A stretch of 64,000 nt of DNA, taken from NCBI GenBank assembly GCA_964016885.1, contig OZ024743.1, positions 9,920,001 to 9,984,000 on the forward strand, written 5' to 3'. A program made the translations under genes and the position numbers. Under the pieces are notes generated by a model that saw nothing but the letters and a program-made list of their open reading frames with translations, was not told the DNA's origin and ran no database searches. The number at the start of each line of letters is the position of its first letter. Within the stretch, counting starts at the first letter, position 1. Positions 14,695 through 28,571 of the stretch are shown in pieces. The DNA comes from Eledone cirrhosa (lineage: Eukaryota).

Positions 14695-14738
<44 letters not shown>

Positions 14739-14745
14739 ATATATA

Positions 14746-15199
14746 TGATGGACTCTCCCGTTGATATCCGACGTATGGGTGTCAAACAAAAGTTGATGTG
14801 AGAAAGTGAACTGATGTGGAACTATGCACACAAAGTTTTGTTTCAAGTGGCAAAGGTTTGTATAGGACCAACCGCACTTTTTGGAACTGACGACACATAT
14901 CTTCGGTGCAATGTTTGCCACGGAAAATACGTCAGTTCTCAGTTTTTTATGCTTCGGAGTTTAACCTCTCCGTATAAAATAAAATAAAAAGAGAAAAGGA
15001 AAAAAATACTATTTGGATGGCCGTTGACTCTGCTGAGTTCCTCCGCCCATTGCCGTGTCTTGTATTTCATCCCGTAGGGTGTCCAAATATCACCCTCCTC
15101 ACCAAGGAAGCTGGGTGGAGTTGCCGGTTTAGTCATCCCGACCACGAGACAGGTTGTACTGGGTTACATGTTACCAGTAGCACTCGAGAGTGACCTGAC
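14746..15199 (-). mobile_element. Divergent sister of the RTE-derived bipartite non-autonomous element
   Basis: 15012-15199 aligns to the 5' head of the 24.6-57.7 kb repeats; has GGAGAGGTTAAACTCCGA box; 3' end CCATAC...CCATCA like the other copies. Confidence 0.7.
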
Positions 15200-15218
15200 A
15201 TAATAATAATAATAATAA

Positions 15219-15403
15219 TTGTTTCTACTTTTGGCACAAGGCCAGCAATCACCCAGTACATTACTGGTACTTTATTTTATCGACCCCGTAAGGATGAAAG
15301 GCAAAGTTAACCTCGGCGGGATTTGAACTCAGAATGATAAGGGCCGTAACTCTATGCGTCAAAGCATGGCGTCCGACCCTCTACCGATACTGCCAATCTA
15401 CCG
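15219..15403 (-). mobile_element. tRNA-derived SINE (octopus OK-/Meta-SINE-like)
   Basis: A-box TGGCAGTATCGG, B-box GTTCAAATCC, central GCCTTTCATCCTTACGGGGTCGATAAAATAAAGTACCAG, (TTA)n tail; several copies in window. Confidence 0.9.
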
Positions 15404-15412
15404 ATAATAATA

Positions 15413-17880
15413 ATCTCATGTTTGACAACAACCAGAAGATGTTGTTTGGACAGCTTGAAGGGAAAGAAAGAGGCAACGACTTGATCCCTGAGGCGGATCA
15501 AATTAAGACATTCTGGAGAGGAATATGGGAGCAAGATGTTGAACATAATGATCAGGCAGTGTGGATTGAGACAGTACAAAAGGAGATTAGTGAACAGGCA
15601 CACCAACAAACCGATTTGAGTATCACAGTTGAAACTCTTAAGGGGCAGGCCAGAAAACTAACCAACTAGAAATCACCAGGCCCAGATGGTGTGCAGGGGT
15701 ATTGGATTAAAAATATAACATCCCTCCACCCGAAACTGACAACCATGTTCAATGACTGCTTGATGTCAGATGAGGTACCAGAGTGGTTGACAAAAGGTAC
15801 CACAGTTCTGGTAATGAAAGACCGAACCAAGGGTAATGATGTTACCAACTATAGACCTATCACATGTCTGTCCGTAATGTGGAAACTGTTAACAAGCATT
15901 GTGTCTGAGGAAATCTACCATCACCTCCACATAAACAACTTGTTACCAGACGAACAGAAAGGATGCCGAAAGAAGTCCCGTGGTACAAAGGACCAGTTAC
16001 TTATTGATAAGATGGTAATGAGGAATTGCAGGAGGAGACACACTGGTCTTGCCATGGGATGGATAGACTACAAAAAGGCATTCGACATGGTACCTCATTC
16101 TTGGATAACCAAAAACCTAGAGATCTTCAGAGTGGCAGATAACATCAGACAGGTGTTGAGCAAAAGTATGAAGTCCTGGAAAATAGAGTTAACATCGGGC
16201 GGAGAATCCTTGGGAGGCGTGAGGATCAAGAGAGGTATCTTCCAGTGAGATAGTTTGTCCCCTCTGTTGTTTGTCCTTGCCCTGATCTCTCTGACCATTA
16301 TACTGCGAAAAGTGAGAGCAGGATACAAGTTGGGAAAGGGAGAGCTTACCATCAATCACCTCCTCTTCATGGACTATCTAAAGCTCTTCGGAAAGAGTGA
16401 GAAGGAGTTGGATGTGCTTGTTGACACTGTCCGTATTTTCATCAATGATATATGTATGCAATTTGGTATTAGTAAGTGTGGATTCCTTGTGATGAAGGGG
16501 GGTAAATTGAGCAGAAGCAACGGAATCCAGGTACCAACAGGTGAGATGATAAAGGAAATTGATACTGAAGAGGGATACAAATGTTTAGGTGTTCTGGAGG
16601 CTGATGACATCAAGAACAAAAAAAATGAAGGAATTGATAAGATCTGAATACATTCGGAGAGTAAGGAGCGTATTAAAGTCACATCTGAACAGTAGGAATT
16701 CCATAAGTGCAGTAAATTCCCGAGCTGTGTCTATTATTAGGTACAGTGCGGGAATTCTGAGATGGAATGTTGCTGAACAAAAAGAAATGGATAGGAATAC
16801 TAGGAAGCTATTGACTATCTACAACATGTTCCACAAAAGGAGTAATGTCGATAGACTCTACTTAAAGAGATCTAAAGGTGGAAGAGGTCTTATCAGCATA
16901 GAGGACTGTGTTCAGATGGAGAAAAACAACCTACACAAATACGTGACTGATAGTAGAGAACCAATGCTCAGAATTGTACTGAAGCAGAGGACAATAGACC
17001 AGGGGATGACCAAGGAGGAAATAACAACAAGGAGAAAGAGCAACCTTCATGAAATATCCCTTCATAGTACTTTCTTTGAGAAAACTGAATTTAGACATCC
17101 ACAGACATGGAACTGGTTGAAAAGAGGAGACCTTAAAGAGGCTACAGAAGGAATGCTAATGGCTGCGCAAGAGCAGGCCCTCAAAACGAAGTGGCTGAAA
17201 CACCATATTTACAAGGAGGAGGCTAGCCCACTGTGTATTATCTGTGGAGAGAGAGAGGAGATTGTGGCTCACATTGTATCCGAGTGTAAACATCTAGCCC
17301 AGACTCACTATAAAGGCTGGAGACATGATGTGATGGGCATGATGATCCACTGACATCTATGCAAGGTAAACAATTTACCACATACTGAAAAGTGGTATGA
17401 GCATAAGCCAGAGTCGGTGATGGAAAACGATCAGGTGACGGTGCTGTGGGATTTTAGGATACAGACGGACAAGAAACTGGAACACAATAGACCTGACCTG
17501 GTGGTTTTGTACAAGGGAAAAAGATCGTGCCTGATTGTAGATGTAGCCTGCCCATTCGACACGAGAGTGCAAGAGAAGGAGAGGGAGAAAATTAACCGAT
17601 ACCAGGACTTAAAGTGGGAGGTAAAAAGGATTTGGAACTGCCATGAGGTCAAAGTGGTCCCGATTGTCATAGGGGCACTAGGTACTATCTCAAAGAGTTT
17701 CCAAGGATGGTTAAAGAAAATTGGTCCCGCCCCGCTTTTTGGAACACTTCAAAAGGCATGCTTGCTGGGAACAGCAAGAACCCTCCGATACGTCCTGAAT
17801 ATCTGAGGCTGCAGGTAGCGGCTGGATATTCATTTCAACAAACTTTCCAGTTAAATAACATCAATGACTGAGACTCTAAG
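15413..17880 (+). mobile_element. 5'-truncated R4/Dong-type non-LTR retrotransposon (RT + CCHC + restriction-like endonuclease), pseudogenised
   Basis: KSPGPDG, YRPITCL, DYKKAFD, RGIFQ*DSLS, LFMDY (DD lost), CIICG..HIVSEC, RHD, HNRPDLV..DVACP..EKINRY; stops at 15667, 16246, 17351 and a frameshift near 16620; (TAA)n on both sides. Confidence 0.92.
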
Positions 17881-17909
17881 AATAACAATAATAATAATAA
17901 TAATAATAA

Positions 17910-18096
17910 TTGTTTCTACTTTTGGCACAAGGCCAGCAATTACCCAGTGCATCACTGGTACTTTATTTTATCGACCCCGTAAGGATGAAAGGCAAAGTTA
18001 ACCTTGGCGGGATTTGAACGCAGAATGGCAAGGGGCGTAACTCTATGCGTCAAAGCATAGTGTCCGACCCTCTACCGATACTGCCAATCCACCGCC
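17910..18096 (-). mobile_element. tRNA-derived SINE, full length
   Basis: Same family as 15219-15403; shares the (TAA)n tract with the Dong 3' tail. Confidence 0.9.
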
Positions 18097-18449
18097 CTTT
18101 GAATAAATTTAGCCCTTCATCAGTGATCTTCCATCCTTCATTGGTATTTCATCGCTTTAAAGACCTTATACCTCTGGCTGGAGCGAGCAACGTCTAAAGA
18201 ATGTCGTTGGGACACGTAAATAGGGGGAACGAGCGAGACAGTAAACAAACACATATATATATATAGAGAGAGAGAGAATTAGTACATCTACCAACATATG
18301 TGTACAGATGTACACTCATGCTAGCAAATATATAAGTTATGTCTTAGTACCTATGTGGTTCTATGCAGGTGAATGCAGAACAATTATATGAAAGACGTAA
18401 AATAAGAAAATTTTAAAAATTAAAAATCAACTTACTTACTAAAAATTTC

Positions 18450-18535
18450 ACTCCAACTAATTAGTTTCTGTAATGGGATAAATATAGTTACATAATATAT
18501 ATAACTATAGAGAATTCATTACGTCATCAGGGAGT
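18450..18535 (-). ncRNA. Type I hammerhead ribozyme in PLE remnant (~18280-18705)
   Basis: Minus strand: ACTCC-CTGATGA-CGTAATG...CATTACA-GAA-ACTAATTAGT-T-GGAGT; perfect 5-bp stem I, palindromic stem-loop III. Confidence 0.85.
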
Positions 18536-18710
18536 CTATTCTCAGCTAAGTTCCCAGGCAATGCGCGGACACTAGGAACCCATATAAAAATAATAATTCA
18601 GTATATGGAATGAAGCTAGCGAGGACTAAATTCCGGAGCACTGAAAAAATTTCACTGCCTCTGGTCAGTGGCAGATTCTAAAGAATCAATCACGTGACAC
18701 CGTGTATATA

Positions 18711-18807
<97 letters not shown>

Positions 18808-18811
18808 TTAT

Positions 18812-18895
<84 letters not shown>

Positions 18896-18926
18896 GATTA
18901 AATGCTCTGAAATAGCGATATATATG

Positions 18927-19460
18927 TGAAGATAGACATAGAATATTCGAAAATATTCTGTATGTTTATAATAAACATTTTGAAGACCTAATCGCTGTAG
19001 AATAGAATACGTCACGTATTACAATTAGATTCTCGATAAAAGCAAGGGAAGTAACCTACGCGTTTCATTCTTATTAGAAATCATCAGGATTACATATCCA
19101 GTGCTTTTATCGAGAATGACACAGCTAGAGACTTATAGAATACTTAGCTGTGTACAGGAACTGGTTTGAAAGAGCGGTTGCCGGTCCGGCAGAAATTAGA
19201 AATTGGATTATGCTCTTTCAAACCAGTTCCTGTACACAGCTAAGTATTCTATAAGTCTCTAGCTGTGTCATTCTCGATAAAAGCACTGGATATGTAATCC
19301 TAAAGATTTCTAATAAGAATGAAACGCGTAGGTTACTTCCCTTGCTTTTATCGAGAATCTAATTGTAATACGTGACGTATTCTATTCTATAGCGATTAGG
19401 TCTTCAAAATGTTTATTATAAACATACAGAATATTTTCGAATATTCTATGTCTATCTTCA
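18927..19460. repeat. Fold-back inverted repeat (~250-bp arms 18927-19175 / 19212-19460) of a hammerhead-bearing pLTR
   Basis: Near-identical reverse-complement arms, 36-bp spacer, flanked by (TA)n. Confidence 0.95.
19051..19093 (-). ncRNA. Minimal type I hammerhead ribozyme (mirror copy at 19294-19336 + has mutated core CTAAAGA)
   Basis: GTAATC-CTGATGA-TTTCTAATAAGAAT-GAAACGCGTA-GGTTAC. Confidence 0.8.
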
Positions 19461-21166
<1,706 letters not shown>

Positions 21167-21207
21167 GAAAATAAAACAAAGAAGCCTTCAATACATCAAA
21201 AGTCTTT

Positions 21208-21252
21208 ATTAGCCAACAATGTTTCGTCCTATTAAGGACTCATCAGGGCAAT
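21208..21252 (-). ncRNA. Canonical type I hammerhead ribozyme
   Basis: ATTGCC-CTGATGA-GTCCTTAATAGGAC-GAAACATTGTT-GGCTAAT; textbook core, AATAAA overlapping stem I. Confidence 0.9.
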
Positions 21253-22851
21253 CAAAACCACAAGAAGTACTATCGGCCAATACAAGCCAAAAACTCCGAA
21301 GAATATGTAGTGTACATACACTAAATTATTGGAAGATTATGGGTAAAAATATATAATAAAAATCACTAAGGAGGTGGATAACATTTTGAACCATATTACA
21401 AATATAGTACAAAGCAAAAAAACCTAGAGCTAAACAAAGGTGGTTATATAGAGCGGGAATTATATATAATACAATATAATATAATATAATATACTTGTAA
21501 CAATATTAAAATTAAAATTAAAAATAAAAATAAAAATTAAAATTAAAAGGCACAATATACATATGTATATATGTACGCACACGTACGCACATATACATCA
21601 ATACACATATCCATCATTAACAGCACAAATTAAACCTTATTAAGAGTTTAAATATAAATAAGCATAATAGGAATAAAAATAATAATAATACGTATATCTA
21701 ATATACATGAAGTAATGAAATGATTAAAAGTAACACATATAATATATAATAAACTATATAATTATATAATATATAATATAATATAATAGATAATCTCCGG
21801 TTAATTTACACAAACTATATAGATGTCACAATAATACTATAATAATAATATAATAATATATATAATATATAATGGCATGTAAGTTAACAAATCAATTCAT
21901 ATAGAGTAGGTGAGAAAAAATTATAAATTGTACAATACCAAAAATTATGATGGTAGAAAAATATAAACATTTTACATGATATATAAAATTTAACATATCA
22001 TAATAGTACATAAAATCAACGGTAAGTAATAATGATCAATAGTACAATAACAACTTCAATATAAAATAATGAACATAATATAATATATAATTACTTATAA
22101 TTACAAGGTTGGTAAACAGACATATATGTGGATGAGTGAATAAGGGCCAGACAGAAAATACTATGCACAGTAGTATTAATAAATAAATAAATAAATAAAA
22201 TCAACCGGAAATTAAAAAAACAAAAACAAAAGTATTTACTTAGGTCTCACATGCAGTTAAGTAAAAACTTAGGAAACAACCCAGATAAATGACTCGAAAA
22301 CCCTATTTGATAAATTAATATTGAAAATATTTAAAATACCTAATAAGGCAATACAATATTAGCTATGGTTTAAGTAATCAAAATTCCTAAACATTAATAT
22401 TTCACTATAAATATATATATAAAGGAATGAAATATTCTACTATCATTTACATAACGATATCTAAAAAACTGACTTAAGCAGAATTATGGTAGGCTAATAG
22501 GGAGAGAAAAAAAGAAATGTATGAAGGATACAAAGGAGCATAAAATCATAATCAATATACTGTATTATATAATAGAAAGGAGCATAAAAGAGGGGGGGAT
22601 TAAATATAATCATAATATATTTGAAGGGGTTGACAATAAGTTTATGTGTGCATAGGGGATGTTATCCAAAGAAGAATCCAAATAAAATAAAATAAAATGA
22701 AATAAAATAAAATAATATAAAATATATAATCAGATATATACTCATAAGGTGTTAATAGTGAAAATTTAATGTGTAAGAAGATAGATATGGTATAGTAGCC
22801 AAAAGATTATGAGAGCTAGAATAAAAAGTTGTCAAAAACCAATGATAATAA

Positions 22852-22951
22852 TTGTTTCTACTTTAGGCACAACGCCAGCAATTACCCAGTGCATTACTGG
22901 TACTTTATTTTATCGACCCGGTAAGGATGAAAGGCAAAGTCAACCTCGGCG
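22852..22951 (-). mobile_element. 5'-truncated SINE inserted in the PLE
   Basis: 3' half of the SINE family. Confidence 0.85.
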
Positions 22952-23018
22952 ATGATGATAATAATGGTGGTAAACAAAAAGAATCTAAACTAAAAAAATA
23001 AGTAATGGAATATATCAG

Positions 23019-23669
23019 CTAATGGATACAATTTATACTACTAAAACCTTTAGGTTTATAATAAAAGTAAGAATTAGAAATAGCGTGGGGGCAAGAAGAG
23101 AATATCTCAGACTTTCTATTAAGTAAGGATTCACTAGAGAAAATTATAGAGTGTGTCTCGAGGATACAGAGATTACAAAATTTAGTATATGTAGAAAGGT
23201 TATTAGAGTGTGCTACTAAACGCCAATTAAGGCTATATGGTATATTAGCCCCCTTAAGGTCCCAGATATAGTGTGCTAAAGAAGTAGAATTCTTAAACTT
23301 AACATGTTTGAAATTAGAGATATGAGAATTAAACCTAGTCTTAAAAGTGTTAGATGTAGAGCCTATATAAGTTCTATTAGAGGAATTAGTTATAACTACG
23401 CAAGCATAGACGATGTTCTTAGAGAGGCAGTTACCGTTTAAAAAACAGTTAGCACTCACTCTACAGTTACACTTCCGGGTGCTATTGGTTGGCTGAAGTA
23501 GTGATGCATTATACGTAGGATTACTATTAGATAATGTCTGCTCTGGTGGTAAGGCATTTACAGATCTGTTCAGACTAGTAGTATGTAGAGAGGAGTATCC
23601 ATCCCTAATTTTCCTATTGCTAGTGCTAGCTAACCTTAGCGAATCAGGTCCCTTACGATTTGAACACAT
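23019..23669 (-). pseudogene. PLE GIY-YIG endonuclease domain (Naiad-type), ORF fragment
   Basis: CNCR...C.LNGNC..KNIVY...YIGST..FKTRFNSH...TSLAHYIW...CNLC..E...LNRKSE...CPH. Confidence 0.88.
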
Positions 23670-24584
23670 ATATCTATATATCTGTGTTCGCTTTTCTTTT
23701 ATATTCTATTATAATATACGGCTCAGAAATATCTCTTTCTTAGAGCTGTTTTGTTGTAAGAGACTATTTTAAGTTCCTAACTTAATTTAATATATATATA
23801 TGTATATATATGTATATATATATGTATATACATATATATATATGTATATACATATATATACGTATACATATATATATATTGTATTATATTATATTATATT
23901 ATATTACATTATATATTATGTAATGTATTTATTTTCATACTCGGAACAAAAGCGCTGCTTAACGTTTCAAAGCCCAATATTGACCATATCTCTAGAATGT
24001 AAGAGGGGTCAAAATTGAGACCTAATCTTCAGGCGCTTATGTACATATTTTGAACTGATTAAGTGCTTTTTTGGCGGAAATTCAAGTTTTACAACCCACC
24101 AAAGTGTGTTTTTTTTTTCTTCGCAGAGACCTTTCTCTATTTAGATGTCACGTGCCACAATAGTTTTGAACTAGTAGTATCAGAGAGGTTAGTGTACTGT
24201 TTAGACCACAATGTTGGGATGGTCGATCTTGCTGAATATGCAATGTAGCTCCATTGGATAATATCTGCTGATATTAGGCAATCTTCTGCATACAACACTT
24301 CATAATAACTGTTATACTCAGAATGCTGCGCAAAAACGTGATCTGTCACGGAATTCGATACGGAAGTATGACCACCAAAATACTACCAACTTACTTACTG
24401 ATTAATTATTGAGTACATTCTGACTGTAGCTTACATTTTTTCTCACCTGCAAGTCTATAAGTTCATTGAGTGATCGATAAAATAAGAACCACGTTTTAAA
24501 ATAAGTATTGGATACATACATATAAACATACATACATACATACATACATACATACATACATACATACATACATGCATACATACA

Positions 24585-25131
24585 TGGTGGCTGCCAACTC
24601 GTTTTCGAGTACGGCCACTACCTTATATCCATGTAGGAGAACCCCTACCGATGCGCTGAACGAATGTGACTTTTTAGTCCAGCCAGCGACTTGAAAACTC
24701 TGGTACAAAGACTACACTTGTGACCATTATTGACACATAGTGCAGGGCCCATGGTACCATGTGATGACAAGTGCAGAGAGATCTCCAGATATAAAGCAAT
24801 GCCTGTGCTGTGAAGCTTTTATAGTGAGCAAAGGCACTGCACAAAGCCAATCCCACTCTCTTAACCAAGATGATATTTACCAAAAAGAAGAACAAGTCAA
24901 CATCATTGGATACCATCAGGGTTGCAGGTGTTATATCAGAGTTTTCCTTCTCCTAGAATTCTGCCTTGACAAAGGCTAAGGGGTCATCTCTCCCGGTGAT
25001 TTTGGATGGCTATTGACTCTTAAGAGCTCCCTTGCCCTCTGACAGGTTTTGTTTTTAGTCCTGCAGGATGTCCAAAGTCACCCTCCTCACCAAGAAACCT
25101 TGGTGGGGTTGCCAGTTTAGTCGCCAACGAC
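24585..25131 (-). mobile_element. RTE-derived bipartite non-autonomous element, copy A (5'-truncated)
   Basis: Near-identical to five other copies; RTE-type box CTAGGAGAAGGAAAACTCTGA, C2H2 remnant, 3' hairpin, (ATGT)n tail. Confidence 0.85.
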
Positions 25132-25220
25132 ATACATACATACATACATACATACATACATACATACATACATACATACATACAAACATACATACATACA
25201 TACATACATACGTACATACA

Positions 25221-25775
25221 TGGTGGCTGCCAACTCGTTTTCGAGTACGGCCACTACTTTATATCCATGTAGGAGAACCCCTACCGATGCACTGAACGAG
25301 TGTGACTATTTAGTCCAGCCAGCGACTTGAAAACTATGGTACAAACATTGCACTTGTGACAATTATTGACACATATTGCTGGGCCTATGGTACCATGTGA
25401 CGACAAGTGCAGAGAGATCTCCAGATATAAAGCAATGCCTGTGCCGTGAAGCTTTTATAGTGAGCAAAGGCACTGCACAAAGCCAGTCCCACTCTCTTAA
25501 CCAAGATGATATTTACCAAAAAGAAGAACAAGTCAATATCATTGGATACCATCAGGGTTGCAGGTGTTATATCAGAGTTTTCCTTCTCCTAGAATTCTGC
25601 CTTGACAAAGGCTAAGGGGTCATCTCTCCCGGTGATTTTGGATGGCCATTGACTCTTAACAGCTCCGTTACCCTTTGACAGGTTTTGTTTTTAGTCCTGC
25701 AGGATGTCCAAAGTCACCCTCCTCACCAAGAAACCTTGGTGGGGTTGCCAGTTTAGTCGCCAATGACCCGACCAT
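25221..25775 (-). mobile_element. Bipartite element, copy B (5'-truncated)
   Basis: Head-to-tail with copy A across (TACA)n. Confidence 0.85.
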
Positions 25776-25806
25776 ACATACATACATACATACATACATA
25801 CATACA

Positions 25807-25840
<34 letters not shown>

Positions 25841-25857
25841 CAGTATATATATATATA

Positions 25858-27275
25858 TATTTATTAAAATAACAGATTAAAGTTTAAGCAAAGAATCGCT
25901 GCTTTCACCCTTAACGGGATCTTCTGAAACTAACAAAGTCAATCTGTAAACGCAGAAGTGGATATTTCAAAAAACGTTGCAACCGGAGGAAGACAGGAAG
26001 ACGATACTTTGGTTCGTGGATACGTTCGCTGGCTAAGAACGAAAAAAAAAACGAATATAATACGTCATTAATAGGAGCGGTGAAAAACAATTACGCGCAA
26101 AGACAGAACCACATTTATGGTATAAAAGAGGTCGTAGACTAATGTTCTCTTAGGTGGTTCATAGAGACGTTCTCTGGCAATGAACGAAAAAAACGAAGAT
26201 AATACGTCATATGTGGAGGGTGGAGAACAATAGCACGCAAAGACAAAACCACGTAAATGGTATAGCAGAAGTCGCAGACTAAAATTCAAACTAGGAGACC
26301 GAAAGAATCTCCGCTACAGAGTTAAGGACAAAGTAAATAAATACAATACAGAAGTAATCGAAATAAATAAATACATACACGCAAACAAATACGTACATAC
26401 ACAAGCATACGCAAAACACTTACCATAGGTATACAAAACCACGCACATATAAATATGTGTGTGTATGTATGCGTGTATACAAATAAATAAATAATTATAT
26501 AAACGTATATAAATTAATAAATACGTATATAACAAGCGCACACACATACCTACAAATAAATACACGAATGTTCGGAGACGTAAGTCAACCAAAACATGAA
26601 GTACACATATACACACGCCCTACATACGTACGAACCTGCATACTCACACGGACGCAAAACTCCCGTATACACATAGCCAAACCATATGTACCAGAATATA
26701 TAAAATTATACGCCATAACATAAACAATCAAATATACGTACGAGAAGGTATACGTACCTTCACAAAACATACGGGTAATATATACTTATCTATGCAAATA
26801 AGTAATGGTATAAACAAAACATATACTTAGCTCCCACATCAAGACGTAAAATATCCACGTATAGATCGTACTATCCGTTAGGGTATAACGTGGGGCTGTA
26901 ATACAGGAAAGTTTTGTGCAATTTATGTTTACAAGCCGAAATTGCCTCAGATTTTTTGTTTAAGATGTGGTCTGTGGTGTAGAGTATTTCCAGGGCCTCA
27001 GCGGCGCAGAGGTCACATGGTCTTTTATTTCCGTTTTACGATCTAGCCCTAGCTAGGATCTCCCAGTGTAACTTATATTGGGTGTGGTTGTCTTTTAGAC
27101 TCCAGATATAAGCTGAAAGTGACGTCATATTCCTTCTTAGAGGGTAACGAAAAGAATGGGTATGCATGTAGAGACGCTGCTTGAATCTATTGGCGGTTAG
27201 TTTCAGAAGATCCCGTTAAGGGTGAAAGCAGCGATTCTTTGCTTAAACTTTAATCTGTTAATTTAATAAATATTT
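25858..27275 (-). mobile_element. 5'-truncated Naiad-type PLE with inverted pLTR piece at its 5' junction
   Basis: Minus 27200-26871 reads FKQRLYMHTHSF...TSLSAYIWSLK...W..*..CDLCAAE...LNKKSE..SACKH; 25858-25932 is inverted at 27198-27273; degenerate CAGAAGA-TCCC..GGGT-GAAA motif. Confidence 0.85.
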
Positions 27276-27332
27276 GCTCTACGGTTCTTATATATTTGAT
27301 ATATATTTATCCTTATCGAGTCCTCTTTGGAT

Positions 27333-27519
<187 letters not shown>

Positions 27520-27943
27520 ATAAAAATAGTAAACAGAAATAACAAAGCAAACGAAACAGTAAATTGAAATTATATTAATTTATCGCTTGAAATAACAGGA
27601 AAAGCGTCTTAACATTTCATCAGAAAATTGAATTAGAAATAGAAGTTAAAATAGAAAGATAACGAGTAAGAAAATGATGTAGGGCAGAACTAAGGAGATA
27701 ACAAATTAGTCACTGAGTAGGTCACAAAATATGTGGCGAAAGAGCTTTGACAATAAACAAATAAAAAGTCATTGATTATTAAACTAACCAATTGAAATTT
27801 TATAAATTGAGGTGAAAAACAACAGGTACGTGTTTTTATGACCTGACAAAGCATAAACACTATATATAGATACATAATGATTTCTTACGAATGAAGCAGC
27901 TCTAGTCCTGTAGAATTCATTTATATTATAAAATGAATATGTG

Positions 27944-27979
<36 letters not shown>

Positions 27980-28384
27980 CACTGGTAAAGAATTTATAAA
28001 GAAACAGTAAGAAAAAATGGATGGTTTAACTTGAAGTGTTGAAAAACAAGAGTAATTATGATCTACATAGAAAAGTAAATAAAATACACCTAGATTTCTA
28101 TTTGAATTTGAATATGACAATTTTATAAACTGTTTTGTTTGTGGATGATTTTGGAACAGGTGTATACCTAAAGTCTAAATGCGATACTTTTTTATATGAT
28201 TAAAGAGTAAATTTAAGACGGTGAATTTCCCCAGTAGCGTTGTGATACACAATGGTATCTGTTGTATGCTATAGTATGGAACAGAGAAACAGTTTCTAAC
28301 CAGAATCCTAATGGAACACATTAAAGTTTTGCTCTAAGAAGTATTTGCGAAAACAAATCATTTATCTAATAGTACATATCATAA

Positions 28385-28571
28385 TTGTTTCTACTTTTTG
28401 GCACAAGGCCAGCAATGATCCAGTGCATTACTGGTACTTTATTTTTTCGACCCCGTAAAGATGAAAGGCAAAGTTAACCTCGGCAGGATTTGAACTCAGA
28501 ATGGCAAGGGCCGTAACTCTATGCGTCAAAGCATGGCGTCCGACTCTCTACCGATACTGCCAATCTACCGC
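28385..28571 (-). mobile_element. tRNA-derived SINE with TSD ATAGTACATAT
   Basis: Family match; direct repeat at 28369-28379 / 28573-28583. Confidence 0.9.

Larger units (their letters stand above)
21165..23670 (-). mobile_element. 5'-truncated Naiad-type Penelope-like element (GIY-YIG end, long AT-rich 3' region, hammerhead, AATAAA)
   Basis: GIY-YIG ORF at 23019-23669, hammerhead at 21208-21252 on the same strand, 3' end abuts (TA)n. Confidence 0.8.

Noticed and set aside
15219-18096. LTR-like direct repeats around the RT
   Set aside because: They are dispersed SINE copies, and the RT is a non-LTR REL type.
23019-27200. Selenocysteine recoding, reported for some Naiad PLEs
   Set aside because: Cys positions in both GIY-YIG fragments are ordinary Cys codons, the one internal stop is TAA, and I saw no convincing SECIS.
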